Shown piece by piece: positions 49,159-62,629 of a stretch of DNA of 64,000 nucleotides. Position numbers and translations under genes: made by a program. Source of the stretch: Octopus vulgaris (lineage: Eukaryota); NCBI GenBank assembly GCA_951406725.2, contig OX597823.1, positions 26,350,001 to 26,414,000 on the forward strand, given 5' to 3'. Within the stretch, counting starts at the first letter, position 1; every line of letters begins with the position of its first letter. The notes under the pieces were generated by a model that was given only the letters and a program-made list of their open reading frames with translations, searched no databases and was not told the origin of the DNA.

Positions 49159-50922
49159 ACAACTGCCTCTCTAATGCTTATACAATGATAAAATGCATCA
49201 AGTATATTTTGTAAAGTGCTTGATGTTTGGAAGGTCATCCACTTTTTAGAAACTGTATCAAAAATAGAATGCTTTAAGGGTGAGAAAGGGAAATAGAGTA
49301 CCAAAAGTGTGAGTAATGTTAACAAGTGATAAAAGAGGAATGAGAGACAGAGAGATGAATACTAAAGATGGGTGATGGTAAGAGAGTAGTTTGATGGTTG
49401 TTAGTAACGAGTGATAGGAGGAAAGAGTAATGGAAAAGAGAAAGCAATGATTAGCAATAAAGGAGGGGATTGAATATAGGCAGATCCAATGTGATATCAT
49501 CCTTTGTGCAGGCAGCATGATGGGAGAGAGAGAGTTACAGTAGAGAGGCAGTGATAGATGAGAGCAACAAAGAGGGAGATTTAATATGAATGTAAAGGTT
49601 GAGAGAGTCATGGTTGTAGATACACAGCCTAATTTCTATTACAGCTGTCACAGATAGTAGGTCCATCTGTTCTTGTGCTGTTAACTATTTTTTCCAGACC
49701 ATTGTTTCCTTTGATAATTATGTTTCTTGGTTAATAGAAGCTATGAATTATTTAGAGCAATAAAATAGCTTAGGTTGATGTGTGTGTGTGTGTGTATAAG
49801 TATATATGTATATATCTATATTGTTTGCCTAATGTATTCCTGTTGTATATGATGTGCATATACCCTTTCTTTATCTAACATAACCGCATGGCGAAAAGTA
49901 TCTTCAGTTAAATTTGCCTTCTTGCAAGCATTCAGTCCAGGCTTACAGAACGAATGTTCTTGTGACAACATGGTGCAATAACACATTCTGTACTTCCTTA
50001 CATTTCTAAAGATAAAGCTCACTGGCCATTGTTCCCTTCTCTTCTCTAACATCTGTGCTCTCCAATCCAACCTGGCCCCCCATTATTTCCTACTAACATG
50101 CAAACTGCACATCCTCTTCACGTCTGTGATGTGACTCTTTTAATAATAGTATACCAATGGTGTATCTGTTAAATACCTTTCCCGCTCCTCTGGCTACCAC
50201 TTTTGAAATCTTGTGAACTCACTTACCTACCAACCGTCTCCAATCCCTGGTCTGCTCCTCTATATACACCACCTGTAACTTGGGTGTACAGCCCTGATCC
50301 CTTTCTCTCACATCTTCATCTTTCTCTCCTTTCTCTCTCCTCCATCTGAGGAAGCTATGTCTATCTTCCAATGCAAGACCCCTTTCTGTCCTTCTACTAT
50401 TCCCCGTCCCAGTTGAGGGGGTCTTGGTAACCTCACTGCTGCTGGTGCCACATAAAAATCATCCAGTCCACACTCTTTGAAGTGGTTGGCTTTAGGAAGT
50501 GGGGCAGTCAGCCACAGAAACCATGCCAAAACAGACAGCAGAGCTTGGTGTAGATTTTTGACTTGCCAGTTCCTGCCAAACCATCCTGCCCATGCCAGCA
50601 AGGAAAATGGATGTTAATTGATGATGACCTTTTGATTCTTTTAAATGTTTTCTGACATATTTTCAACATAGAGGCTGCTTGTTTGTTTGCTTAATTTTCA
50701 TAATAATCACTAATTTCAAACAAGTTAGTGTATCAAATGATTTATTTGCTGTTTGGAATACAAATTAATATATACTGTGTAATTTTTGGTATAACACTGG
50801 TAATTCAATTGAGATTTTGATTTGAATATGAAGATGGTAAGAGATTTGGCTTCAATTGGTTTGTTATTAAAAGAAATTAATGAATTATTTATTGATAATT
50901 ATGTGCTATATTTGAATTTTAG

Positions 50923-51059
50923 AAACTTCAAAAAAAAGCAGTTGCATCGAAGAGAAAAAACTGTTAATTATCACTCAGATACATTGAGTGGTTCCGAGAT
51001 GGAAAACTCCCCCAAAAGTATTTCTAAACATATACGTATCGAATCCTGTGAGAATCATA
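50923..51059 (+). CDS. ZGLP1: ZGLP1-like protein, exon 3
   Basis: Acceptor tttgaattttAG (phase 2) and donor a|GTAAGT (phase 1). Encodes NFKKKQLHRREKTVNYHSDTLSGSEMENSPKSISKHIRIESCENH. Phases fit both neighbouring exons. Confidence 0.8.
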
Positions 51060-54000
51060 GTAAGTAGAGCAACTTTGTTGGACTTAGTAATTTCCAAATT
51101 CTATAATATTATATCCCTGTGTCTTCATACATAACACAATATGTAGTTTAATTTTACAAATGGCATTTGTTAAACAAATAATGTTTTACTAGCAGGACTT
51201 GTGGAAATTCCTTGGTATAAGTCAACACATTTGAAAACATTGTTTATTTTATTAAACACAAGCAAGGAGTTCCAAAACAATTCATTTCATATCCTGTCAT
51301 TTAATCAAAACAGTGCTTTTAAATATAACTGAAATGAATTTTGAAGGTGTTGCTTGTTTACCTCTTTGTAATACATTTGACAGATATGATGTGCTTTCTA
51401 GTTTAAGGAAATAAAAAAGATGAGTTTAAAAGATAAAACTTATTCAGTATATTAAATGTTTATTATTCACAATTTTTATTGCATATGTAGTGGTTATGTG
51501 TGTATCATGGTGAACAGATGCCAAAGGTATGTATATGCCATTGAAGAAAACAAATGAGTGAATCGATTCATAGTTGAAAATAATTTATTCAGTGGACTTA
51601 ATTTGTCATTGGTACACATAATTCTTCACTACATGCAAAATGTTGACAACTTGCTAGAAATAGAGACAGGGTACATCTGTGGAAGTGATGTGTCAGAAAT
51701 CAATGTTTGTGTGTGCATAGTTCATCTGAAATCATTAATCTTCCTTGAAACTTCGAACATTTCTCTCGGGTCTCTATGGTCATTCAGAACCTGTCGTCAT
51801 AGACCTTTCTTGTTTAGCTGCTAGGCCTTTCTCCTCTCATCTGTCTGTTGACCACCGTATTTATAATAATCGTGGTAGCTAGAAGGACAGACATACTGCA
51901 GCAGAGTTTGTACCTAAATAGGTCAGCTCCTGTCCATTTGAACTTCGGCTGACATAGCTGAGGTCAAAGGGAGATGATCAATCACTTTTTGACAGGACAA
52001 AGAAAACCTTTTTTCACACCTGTTGATCGTGGTGGTTTGGACAACCAAGAATTCTTAGATTAGGTTTCGAATCTAGGCTTAGAGAAGAGAGTGTTAATTT
52101 TTACACATATTTACAAAGTAAATAAGTACAAACCATAATTCATATATGTATATAGGAATAAACATGAGCTTACTCACTGAATTAGATACAAATGGGACTA
52201 TATTACAAACATTCTACATTACAAATGGGACTATTTTACAAACTGTATGCAACATACATATATTAACAGGAAAAAAACCAAACTAATTTAGATATGTATG
52301 AAATAGGCATTATGTAATCACAGAAAATACTTTACAAGGTATATGAACTGAATGCAATATGAATGGTATACATATACACAAGATCAATAAAATTCTAGAT
52401 TTGCTCTCTCAGCACTTCATTATACACAATGTTTTTTGTAAGAATTTGTTTTCTTGCTTGTCTTGTCTGTTGGTCTCAACAACTCTCACTGCCACATCAG
52501 ATAATTTCCTGATCCTAACAAATGTCACATATAATTGCCCATGGATGAACACAGGATGTGGCAAATATATTCCAACTTTGTTAAATGTCTGTCCCTGTGC
52601 CTTATTTATTGTCAGAGAGTAGGACTGCCTTACAGGAAGCAGAACTCCTTTACAAAATGAAAGGAAGGTTTGAATTATCTGGAGCCAGTGTCGTGTAAGG
52701 TATTAAGAAGCACATTCCTTTTTGTGCACCTGTTATTGAAGTGGCTTCAATGTAATTATTGTGCAGGCTGACACATTCTACATGTAGCACATGCTTATTT
52801 TTTTGTAAAAATAATCCTTTTCATTCTTTCTCTTTTTATGTGAATGTCGTCTATCATTGTCCTTATTTTATAAACAAATGTTTCAATTGAACTGATGATA
52901 ATTAATTTCATTAACACTATGCATATAATTCATATTTTTCTTCTGTTCTACATTTTGTTTTTATTGTCATGGGTAGTATAGGTTTTGTAGGTACAATTAC
53001 TGACAACTCTATAATAATGTTAAGTTAGGCATGCAATAAGCTTTTACTCAGGGGCACATTTCAAAGCTTGAGTTTAAAAGATTAGGATTTCTCGCAATGT
53101 GGTCAATTGCCTAACCCTTTAACCTTGTAACCATTTCACCTCAGAATGCTTGGTTTAAAGATCACAGAGGGGTAACCTAAAACTTACTATTTTGATTGTA
53201 AAAAATATGTCACATACAAACAGTGATGTGTCTATCTGCGAGGAAGTTTATAGACGCTTGTCTTTCTTAGTCACCTCTAGACTTAATCTCTCAATTGCTG
53301 TGCATCAGATCTTCATTATTAGATTATTTCCCATTCTGAACAGTTGCTTACTCTGTTTATTTGTATACACAAATCTTCCATTAGCATACTGCTCACTCAC
53401 CTGATGTTTGCTAGAATGCTCATCAAAGCCTATCAGAGAACTCATGACCATGTAGTCACAAGTTTAAAGTTCAATTCTGTCATTGTGTTGTGCTTCTGAG
53501 CAAGATACCCAAATCTGCTCTGGTTTGTCTGGCTGAACTGAAATAAATAAACAAGCCCATGCCAGTGGCACATAAAAAGCACCTTTTGAGCATTGGGTCT
53601 CACAGAGGCAGTGTGGCTGATGTCGGTGTCACATAACTAGCACCTGTGCTGGTGGCATTTAGAAAGCACCTTTTCAGTGTTGGTCCTCTTGGAGGCAATG
53701 ACAAGTGACCGAGACCTTTGGCTATATGCCGTGCTTCAGTAGAAGATGCATTAAGCCAAGTAAAATCATAGTCGCGGCTGTTACTGGTGTCACACAACTG
53801 GCACCTGTACCGGTGACATGTAAAAGTACTAATTACACCCTTGGTGTGGTTGGTGTTAGGAAGGGCATCCAGCTATAGAGCCATGCCAAATCAGACTGGT
53901 GTTTGGTGCAGCCCCTCAGTTTACCAGCTCTGGTCAAACCGTCCAACTCATGCCATCATGGACAACAGATGTTAAATGATGATATTATCATAGTTAAATG

Positions 54001-54148
54001 AAAGGAGAAGAGCTTTGATATAACAAGAAAACAGTTATTTAGAAGAAAACCCCTAAAAAATCCTAATCTGGAGAAAAATAAATATAAAATCAGAATCAAT
54101 GAAATCCTTCAATTTGTAACTGCACCTTGTATTAATTTATCTTTGCAG

Positions 54149-54239
54149 TCAAAGTGTGTGAATCATGTAATACAAGGAAAACTCCTTTGTGGCGAGATGC
54201 TGAAGATGGGACGCCATTGTGTAATGCTTGTGGGATCAG
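54149..54239 (+). CDS. ZGLP1: ZGLP1-like protein, exon 4 (GATA zinc finger)
   Basis: Acceptor ttatctttgcAG and donor ag|GTATGT. Encodes KVCESCNTRKTPLWRDAEDGTPLCNACGI(R), a CxxC-x17-CxxC finger with the ZGLP1-diagnostic TPLWRDAEDGTPLCNACGIRYKKY. Confidence 0.95.
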
Positions 54240-54479
54240 GTATGTCTATACTCGAAGTTATTTTACTCATTTCATTTCTGTCACTGATCTGTGATCAGGC
54301 TGGGGCATCACCTTGAAGGGGTTCAGTGGTCAAATTAACCCCAGTACTTTTGGTAAGCCAGGAGTTATTCTATTGGTATCTTTTTTCTAAACTATTAAGT
54401 TAGAGGGATGTAGACACATTACGATTGGTTGTCAGATAACATGATGCACACATTCATGTGCACATGCACACACATCATA

Positions 54480-54519
<40 letters not shown>

Positions 54520-54719
54520 ATTATCTAAGCTTAAGATTATCTATGAAGAAAACAACCACTGTCATTGAAAGTAATGCCCAAGATAATAACACTAACCTGA
54601 GAAACAGCAAACCAAGAGCTTAAAACATAGACCATACAATGAACATAGACTCACAAAAACTAGTGGAACAGTATATCTCATAACCAATGACCTTGTGCAA
54701 TGTACAAGGAAAAGGTCAA

Positions 54720-54788
<69 letters not shown>

Positions 54789-54847
54789 CACTTTCTACCC
54801 ATTCTTCACCCTCTTGTACTATCTTATATCTCTCCCCACCACTACAC

Positions 54848-55026
54848 ACTCAATAATACTATAAAAAGAGTCAAAATTCCTGCAAAAACTTAGTTCAATC
54901 TGACAACTCCACTAGAGTGGGCGAAAGCGCTAATATATAATATATGATTTATAAAAACATGTAACATACTAATAAATATCTGTAAATATAAAACCATCCA
55001 GATTTCTGAGTACCTCATTTCTTCTA

Positions 55027-55027
<1 letters not shown>
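54848..55027 (+). mobile_element. Penelope-like repeat fragment with degenerate hammerhead motif (copy 2)
   Basis: Homologous to 18774-18942. Contains CTGACAA-ctccac-taga-gtgggc-GAAA-GCGC-TA at 54900-54932. Confidence 0.5.
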
Positions 55028-55088
<61 letters not shown>

Positions 55089-55090
<2 letters not shown>

Positions 55091-56200
55091 TAAGAATGAA
55101 ATGCCCAGTTTTGAACTGAAAGTTTATTTTACTTTATCTCAACAAAAAGCTATGCAGTTAATCAAAGTTTGCACCTAAATTATCAACACAATTTTGCCAT
55201 TTTATCGGTAGCTTATTTATGCTGGTAGCAAAGAATTCTGGAGAGTAAGAGTTGATGAAATCATGAAAGGCTGTTTTTACACCTTTAGATTTGAAGTTTT
55301 TTCTCTGCAAAAAGTTGTCTAATACCTGGAAAATGTGATAGTCACTTGGTGCAAGGTCTAGCGAATATGGTGGATGAGAGAGTACTTCCAAGCTCATTTC
55401 CTGTAACTTGAGTAGCATTCTTTGTGTAACATTGTCTTGCAAGAGAATTGGCATGTCTCTTTTGATCAATCTTGGTTGTTTTATTGCAAGTTCACTCATC
55501 ACTTCATCTAATTGGTTGATGTATACATCTGCTGTAATTAACTTAACAGGTCTCATGAAGCTGTAGTGGATGAAACCAGTGCTGGACCACCAAACAGACA
55601 CCATTAGCTTTTTTGGGTGAATATTCTTTTTTGGATTGTGTTTTGGCACTTTGTCTCTATCCAACCACCATGCAGAATGCTTGCTATTGCTGAAAAGAAC
55701 ATTTTTCATCACACATAACAATATGATGCAAAAATGTTTGGCTTTTATGCCATGACATCAAAGAACAGAAAGTTTCAAGATGACGTGTCATTTGATGATT
55801 GCTCAGCTCATGTGGTACTCACTTGTCCAGCTTCTTTACCTTGCTGATTTGTTTCAGCTGGTCCAATACAGTTGTAATTGCAACATCAAACCTTGCTGCT
55901 AACTCGTGTGTAGTTTGAGATGTATCCACTTCCACTACAGTTTCCAGTTCATCATTATCCACCTTGGTCTCAGGTCTTCCATGGGGCTGATTTTCAAGAG
56001 TAAAGTCACCAGACTGGAACTTCTCAAACCATAGATGTACAGTGCGCTCATTCGCCACATCTTCACCAACCAACACCTCATTGATGTTTGGAGCTGTCTT
56101 GGCTGCATTGGTTCCACAACGAAAGCCATATTCATAAACACAAATTTTTGTCAAACTTGGTGCATAAGAAAATTGGACATTTCATTCTTAATCACCTGAT
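55089..56200 (-). mobile_element. Mariner transposon (DD34D, SETMAR/Hsmar-like), decayed
   Basis: ORFs 55819-56154 (HTH) and 55158-55721 (SVWWS, LQDN, HPPYSLDLAPSDYH). TIR ttaagaatgaaatg(c/t)cca at both ends. Confidence 0.9.
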
Positions 56201-56839
56201 ATATATAATATTTATATATTCATTCACGATACATGCACACACACACTCATACAATATACCTCTGCATGTTCCATCTACAAAATTCACTCGCAAGACATTG
56301 GTCAGCCTGTGCCTATAGTAGAAGACACTTTTTCTATTAAAGTACTATAGAATGTGACTGAACCTGAAATCATGTGGTTGCAAAGTGAACTTCTTAACCA
56401 CACAGCCATGCCTGCATCTAGACAATGGTTACAGACCTTTTAGTGCTGGTAACATTCTTTCTTTATTGTTAACATCTGTTAACATCATCCAGCTGTAGAA
56501 ACCATGCCAAAGCAGATACTGGAGCCTGATGCAGTTTCTGAGACCGCTACTAGCATAGAACATCTATGTTAAATGATATTCTGTATCTGTTTGTTTAAAT
56601 AACTAACTAACTGACAAGGTGGGAGTGTCTGTCCATGATATTTGCTGACCCACACAAATATTTGTGGATTTTTCTGGGGAGGGAATTCTCAAAGGAGAAT
56701 ATAGCCTGTGGAGCAAGATGAAAGGAAAAAGAGAGTTAAATTCTCTAGAAGACATGCTACTCCTCATAGTTGAAAACCATGAGAGTAGAATTGAACATCT
56801 TTCCTGGAAACACACTGAAAATATCTATAGTGGAATGTA

Positions 56840-58129
56840 CGAGGGACGTTCAATAAGTAATGCCCCGGACCCACTTGCAGTTGATTGATCTTGCTGAAAT
56901 TTTGCATGTGCAATTATTCATATCTCTATAGATTACATGGCGAATTACAGCTCTGGACTAATTGTGGTTTCTGATTTCCAGGTGTTTGAACTTAGTCAAG
57001 TGTGAAATGGAGCCTTTAGAGTGTCGAGCAGTGATCCGTTTTTTGTATTTGAAAGGACGCACACCATGGGAGACTTTTGATGAAATGAAAGTAACTTATG
57101 GTGATGATGCCCCATCATATGACCTTGTAAAACGCTGGCATCGTGAATTCAAACATAGTCGGAACTCTGTGGAAAAGGCTCCCAGATCTGGTCGTCCCCT
57201 TCTGCCATTGATGAGGCATCTGTCCGTCAAGTTGAGGCTGCCATTTTGGAAGATTGGCGCATAACTATTCGCCAAATAGCCCATTAGGTCAAGATTAGTA
57301 CCGGGTCTGTGGAAATTATCATTCATGACCCTTTGCATATGCAAAGGTTGTCTTCCAGATGGATTCCCAGGTTGTTCACACCTTTCAGAAGCAAGAACGC
57401 GTCGAGTGCTCGAGGATGAATTTGGAGATGTGCCAAGAAGATGAGTCAAAGTTTTTTAAAAGACTGATTGCACAGGATGAAATCTGGGTCCATCACTATG
57501 ATCCAGAGACCAAAGCCCAGTCAATGCAAGGGAAGCACCGTGACTCACCTCCTCCAAAGAAGGCAAGGGTGCAGCCCTCCGCTGGAAAGGACATACTCAC
57601 AGTCTTCTGGGACCAGGATGGAGTAGTGATGACAGATTTCCTGGCAAAGTGTACCACAATTACAGGAGCCTATTATGCTTCATTTTTGAGGAAATTAAGA
57701 GAAGCTATCAAAATCAAGAGGCGGGGCAAGATCAGCAAAGGCATCCTCCTCCTGCAGGACAACGCTCCGGTCCACAGCTCGCGTGTCGCCAGATCAGAAG
57801 CACAGGCATGCGGCTATGAACTCCTCCCCCACCCCCCTACTCTCTTGACCTTGCACCCTCTGATTTTCACCTCTTCCCAGCCATGAAGTTGTTTTTGAAA
57901 GGAAAACGTTTCCCAGGTGATGCAGCCTTGATTTCTGAAGTCACGTCATGGTTGGAGGACCAAGCTGGGGTCTTCTACAAAAACGGTCTTCAGAGCTGCA
58001 TCAAACGATGGCAGAAATGCGTAACTCTGGGTGCTTCCTATGTAGGAAAAGACTAATAACTGTGCCAAGTTTCGTTCCTCTACTGCTATGGGAAGTGGGT
58101 CAGGGGCATTACTTATTGAACGCCCCTCG
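56840..58129 (+). mobile_element. Full-length mariner transposon (~1290 bp), frameshifted
   Basis: TA TSDs. TIRs cgaggg(a/g)cgttcaataagtaatgcccc(g/t)gacccactt. Transposase from ATG 57007 with WIPR, QDEIWVHHY, LQDNAP and PYSLDLAPSD. Confidence 0.95.
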
Positions 58130-58199
58130 TAAACTCATAATCTGTTTAGAGTCAGATAAATTTTGTTTGTTGTATCTTGATATAAAATAAAAAGATATA

Positions 58200-59484
58200 C
58201 AGGGTGGGTCAAAGAGGATGAATATTTTTGAAATGGCCATTACTCCGCTCCAGCGGGAGGAACATATGACTGACAGGTACCATTTGGTCCGTGGTGACTT
58301 ACCATTTTTTTTTCTTTTCAGGTGAAGTCATGGTGCTGTAGACGATAGAGCATAGTGTGTTTGCATACGACAGTTATGTAAAGAATAATGGGCCTGTCAC
58401 AGCAGTTCAGCATGAGTTTTGGTGCCACTTCAACATTCACCGAAATCAGGCTGTTCGCACCTGTAACACAATCTTATGTTGGGTGAATGCTCTTTGTACA
58501 CCAGATACACTAATGAATAGGAAACTGGTTGGGGGTGCCACGAATGGTATGGACCCTGGAAAATGTGAAATGTGCCAGACAAGCTTTGATATGGAGTCTG
58601 AATTGCTCTGCTTGGAAGCATTCCACTGAACTTGGCATCGGTAATTGATCGGTAAGGCATATTTTGCATGAAGAACTGCATTTCCACCCATACAAATTGG
58701 TCATTGGGCAATAGTTGAAACCATGGGACTATGCACAGCAGCTTAACTTCGCATGTCAGATGGAAGCAATTTTTGAGGCAGATGACAACCTCATTTTGTT
58801 AATGAGTGATGTAGCTCATTTTCATCTCAGTGGCATGGTGAATCAACTGAACTGTCATTATTGGGCTCTTGAAAATCTCAGAGAACTGCATGAAAGACCA
58901 CTGCGCAGCCCAAAAGTGATGGTCTGGTGTGCTGTTGGAAAAGCTGCCATCATTGGTCCTTACTTTTTTAAAGACAATGATAGAAATACTGTTACTGTGA
59001 ACTCCATTGAGATGATAAACAATTTCTTTGTGCTCGAATTATGATGAAAACATATGCCTATTCGATGTGTGTGATTTCAGCAGGATTGAGTAACGGACCA
59101 CACAGCCAGAGAATCAATAGATGTTCTTTGCTCTCTCTCTGGCGACCAGCTCATATCCAGGTTTGCTGACATTCCTTGGCCCCCTTGGTCCCCTGATTTG
59201 TCCAGGTGTGATTATTTCTTGTAGGGGAAACCTCAAGGCATGTATGTGCATAAGCCCCATACATTGGGTGATTTGAAGGAAGCTATTAATGTGGAAGTCA
59301 CTCAAATCGACAGAGCAATGCTGGAGAGAATGGAGGCCTTCAGAAATGCATCAAGGAAAACGGACACCACATGATGGATATTGTTTTACACACTTGATTT
59401 TGATGTCAATAAAATTTGTTTGCAGCTAAAATTAATGATTTTTGTGAATTTTTCAAAAACGTCCATCCTCTCTGCCTCACCCTG
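58200..59484 (+). mobile_element. Tc1/mariner-superfamily element, DD41D (rosa/Visitor)-like, decayed
   Basis: TA-flanked TIRs cagggtg...gaggatg(a/g)a. Motifs HPYKL, MSDVAHFHLSGMVN, FQQD and WPPWSPDLSRCDYFL*G. Confidence 0.85.
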
Positions 59485-59723
59485 TATAACAAGCAAAAAA
59501 AAAAAAAAAAACCATAACAAATTTAAGGTTCTTTATTCTCAATCTCTCAGTCCATTAAGAAAATGTTTTATTGATAATGTAGTGTCGCTTTGGTATTGCA
59601 ATGCTTATTGTCAATGTGTATTGTTTTTCTTCTTTAAAACAGTTCATTAAGAAATTTTTTAACAATGCTTTTTAAACAAGCTTTATATATTTTTAGTTTT
59701 GTGTCTTTTCCATATTTTAACAG

Positions 59724-59847
59724 GTACAAAAAATACAGAATTCGTTGCAGTAAATGTTGGCACATTCCCAAAAAGGATGACAAGACTTACCCCAAGTGTG
59801 TTCGCTGTAATTCAATGTTGCGATTTACAATGAACCGAAGAAACTAA
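59724..59847 (+). CDS. ZGLP1: ZGLP1-like protein, exon 5 (second Cys finger and stop)
   Basis: Acceptor ttttaacAG. Encodes YKKYRIRCSKCWHIPKKDDKTYPKCVRCNSMLRFTMNRRN*. The five exons total 816 nt, giving 271 aa. Confidence 0.93.
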
Positions 59848-59901
59848 ATCATTTACTTGTTAAAGATATTTTAATATGACAACTGCTTTACCTGCCACTT
59901 C

Positions 59902-59907
59902 AATAAA
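59902..59907 (+). promoter_or_regulatory. Candidate polyadenylation signal of the ZGLP1-like gene
   Basis: AATAAA 55 nt after the stop codon. Others exist further downstream. Confidence 0.4.
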
Positions 59908-60844
59908 AAATTGTACACAAGTTTGTCTAGTAAATATGTTACTAGGATAAGATATATATATATATTTCAGTTTTGTTTTTGAAAGTAAAGGGCAGAAAAT
60001 AATGATTTACATAATTGCCAGAAAATAAAGGTGCTGAGATTATTTTACCTGCTCCAGGAAAAAATATTTCCATTCAGTATCGGGTGTAACATACATGCAT
60101 ATGTATAAAAGCTTTCAAAATTAAGCACCTTTTGTTTAAATTCCAGCTTACGGTGGTAGCAATGGCAAACAGAATTTATTACATTTTACCCTCTCAGTTT
60201 TGGGTTCAAGAACTGTCAGGATCAACATTGTTTTCTATCCATTCAGATGTTTGATTGAACAATTAGTAGTCAGATATTTGGGTGGACAAATCCATTCATC
60301 TTTCTAATATCTCCTACTCTACAAATTTTTGTTTTTGTTTTGCCAACATAAGAAGTGATGTTTCATTCAGAGCAGAAGCAAACTGCTGCAAGTGTAGAGT
60401 AGTGCACTAAATGTCTTAGAATATTTAGTTTAATCTCCTTTCATCCTTAATTCAAATCCTACCAAAATTGATTTAACCTTTTCTCTACCCAGGATTGATG
60501 GGTGTTAATATAGTGGGATTGATTCAGTCAATTCTATCCCTTCTCTACAAACACTGGCCTTGTAAAGACTTAAAAGCCAATATTATGTTGTAAAGTTTGT
60601 AATGCCTCAGACTTCTAGTCTGTTGAATTTGGTATGTATTTTGCCATATATTTCTTATAAAGAATAGGAAAGAATTTTATTTCTGTCTTTGTTATAGTTT
60701 AACAATTTTTCTCTCAGGATTTTTATTTTATTATGGATATGTTTTTATTTTTGAAGCTGATAACTTCAACAGGGAGTTACTTAAGTACTTGAGCTTTGCA
60801 TCTCCACTTTGTAAACTCAGATACACTTCTACTCTGTCTGTCTG

Positions 60845-60889
<45 letters not shown>

Positions 60890-60981
60890 TTACTTCTAAA
60901 TATTCTGACATCAATAAAAAAAATCTTTTTGTTGCACCCAGGGGTATGCCAAATACTCCCATTTAAAAATTGTAATATATG

Positions 60982-61026
<45 letters not shown>

Positions 61027-62249
61027 GTTTGTGTTTTAAGACAAAGGTATATGAAAAATCTTAATAGAAACGGTTAAAATTGAAGTTTTCTGTCAGTGAA
61101 TTGTGTGACTTATTGCGGAATCTTAGAAAATCCTGTAATTGGTATCTTCAATAGAAGGAATTTATGTATTTATTTCTTTATTGGAACTCTGTATATTTGA
61201 AATATTGTCTCTGGGGTCATTGATGGACATATCTAGAAACCTCAATTTTATTTATTTTTTTTTCCTTCATGCAGGACATGATTTGTTTATTTTTCTCACT
61301 TCACTCTCAAGGTGATAAAATCTTATTTCATTTAACACTTGAAATTTCAGTTTAAAAAAGAATCTGTTATCCTTACAAAATTTCAATATAATTTCGATTA
61401 CAAAATACCAAATTGGTATCTCAATAAGACAAAAAAGAAAAATTAAAAATAAATGATAAATAATCACTTAATTAAACCATTTCTTTCAAAACATTTAAGT
61501 TTGGGAACAAAACTGAGATAAAAAATATAATTTATCTCATTTTATGATTTTTTTTTCCAAATGTATAAAGAAAAAAAAGACCCTTTAAATTTGGAGAATA
61601 AATATACCCCAAAACCCAGAAGTGGTGTACATACTTTATTGTTCCCTTTCTTAATTCATTAGAAAACAGTAAATATTTTGATGTATTTAATAAAATAAAT
61701 ACCAATTGTTTCCAATTTGTTTTTTAATCTGTTCACAAAGAAGATAACATTGTTCTAAAGCACTGAGGTGTTTTATACCAAGCCTAGTCCATATTTAATG
61801 GGTACAGTCAAAGATGTTTCTTTGTGTCTTCACTACAATAATAGTGTTGGTCATCATATTCTTAAGGACGGCAGAAGATTACTGAGGGTGTGCATCAGCA
61901 ACAAATAACCTAAGAAACGTGACAGTGAAAATATAGTTACAATGATGGAAAATCAAGGTGATCATCATGATGTTTGTATCCTCATAATCACTACCCTATT
62001 CACCATTCTCCCAAGCACACCCTGTAAAATTCAAGAAAGGATAAGCTTGATTTCACCAACCCATTAATCTATCCAAATTACAATATGGATTCAGACCACT
62101 ACATTCAACCTCATCACTCTATCCACAAACCTAATGCAGAATACATGATGACTTCTACAATAATAATAATAAAAAAAAAAACCCTCCCGCATTCTAATTT
62201 CCATCAACAATGCTTTCAACCCCCTATATGAGGAGTAGTGTTGGCTAAT

Positions 62250-62540
62250 TTCAAGAAGTGTGGGATTTTTGAAGGATGCAGTGTCCTGCATCACTGTAGT
62301 TAGTTTATTCCATGCTTCAACAATTTGGAGCATGAAAAAATATTTTGTGAAAGCCATGGGTATTGCACAGATAGGTGAGTTTATAAGCATGTCTGCAGCT
62401 GGTAGAGATGTTGGATTGAAAAGAAGTGGCCATTTTAATGGAGAATTCAGAGTTCTTCTAGAAAGCCACACATTAGGGCCCCTAGGGCTGCAGGTTTCTC
62501 ACTCCTGATTTACACCTACAAATATGACAAGCTAATGAAG
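62250..62540 (-). mobile_element. CR1-like LINE 3' remnant
   Basis: KYFFMLQIVEAWNKL resembles the CR1 C-terminal FFxxRVVxxWNxL motif. Confidence 0.5.
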
Positions 62541-62629
62541 GGGTCTTAGTATGGTTGTTTGAACATTTAGAAATAGCAGTCAGATCTTCCTCAAACTATT
62601 ATCATCATTTACATTTACTTTTCCATGCT

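Noticed and set aside
51691-52773. Possible minus-strand solo LTR (tgtcag...ctgaca)
   Set aside because: No matching TSD and no second copy in the window, so the boundaries cannot be supported.
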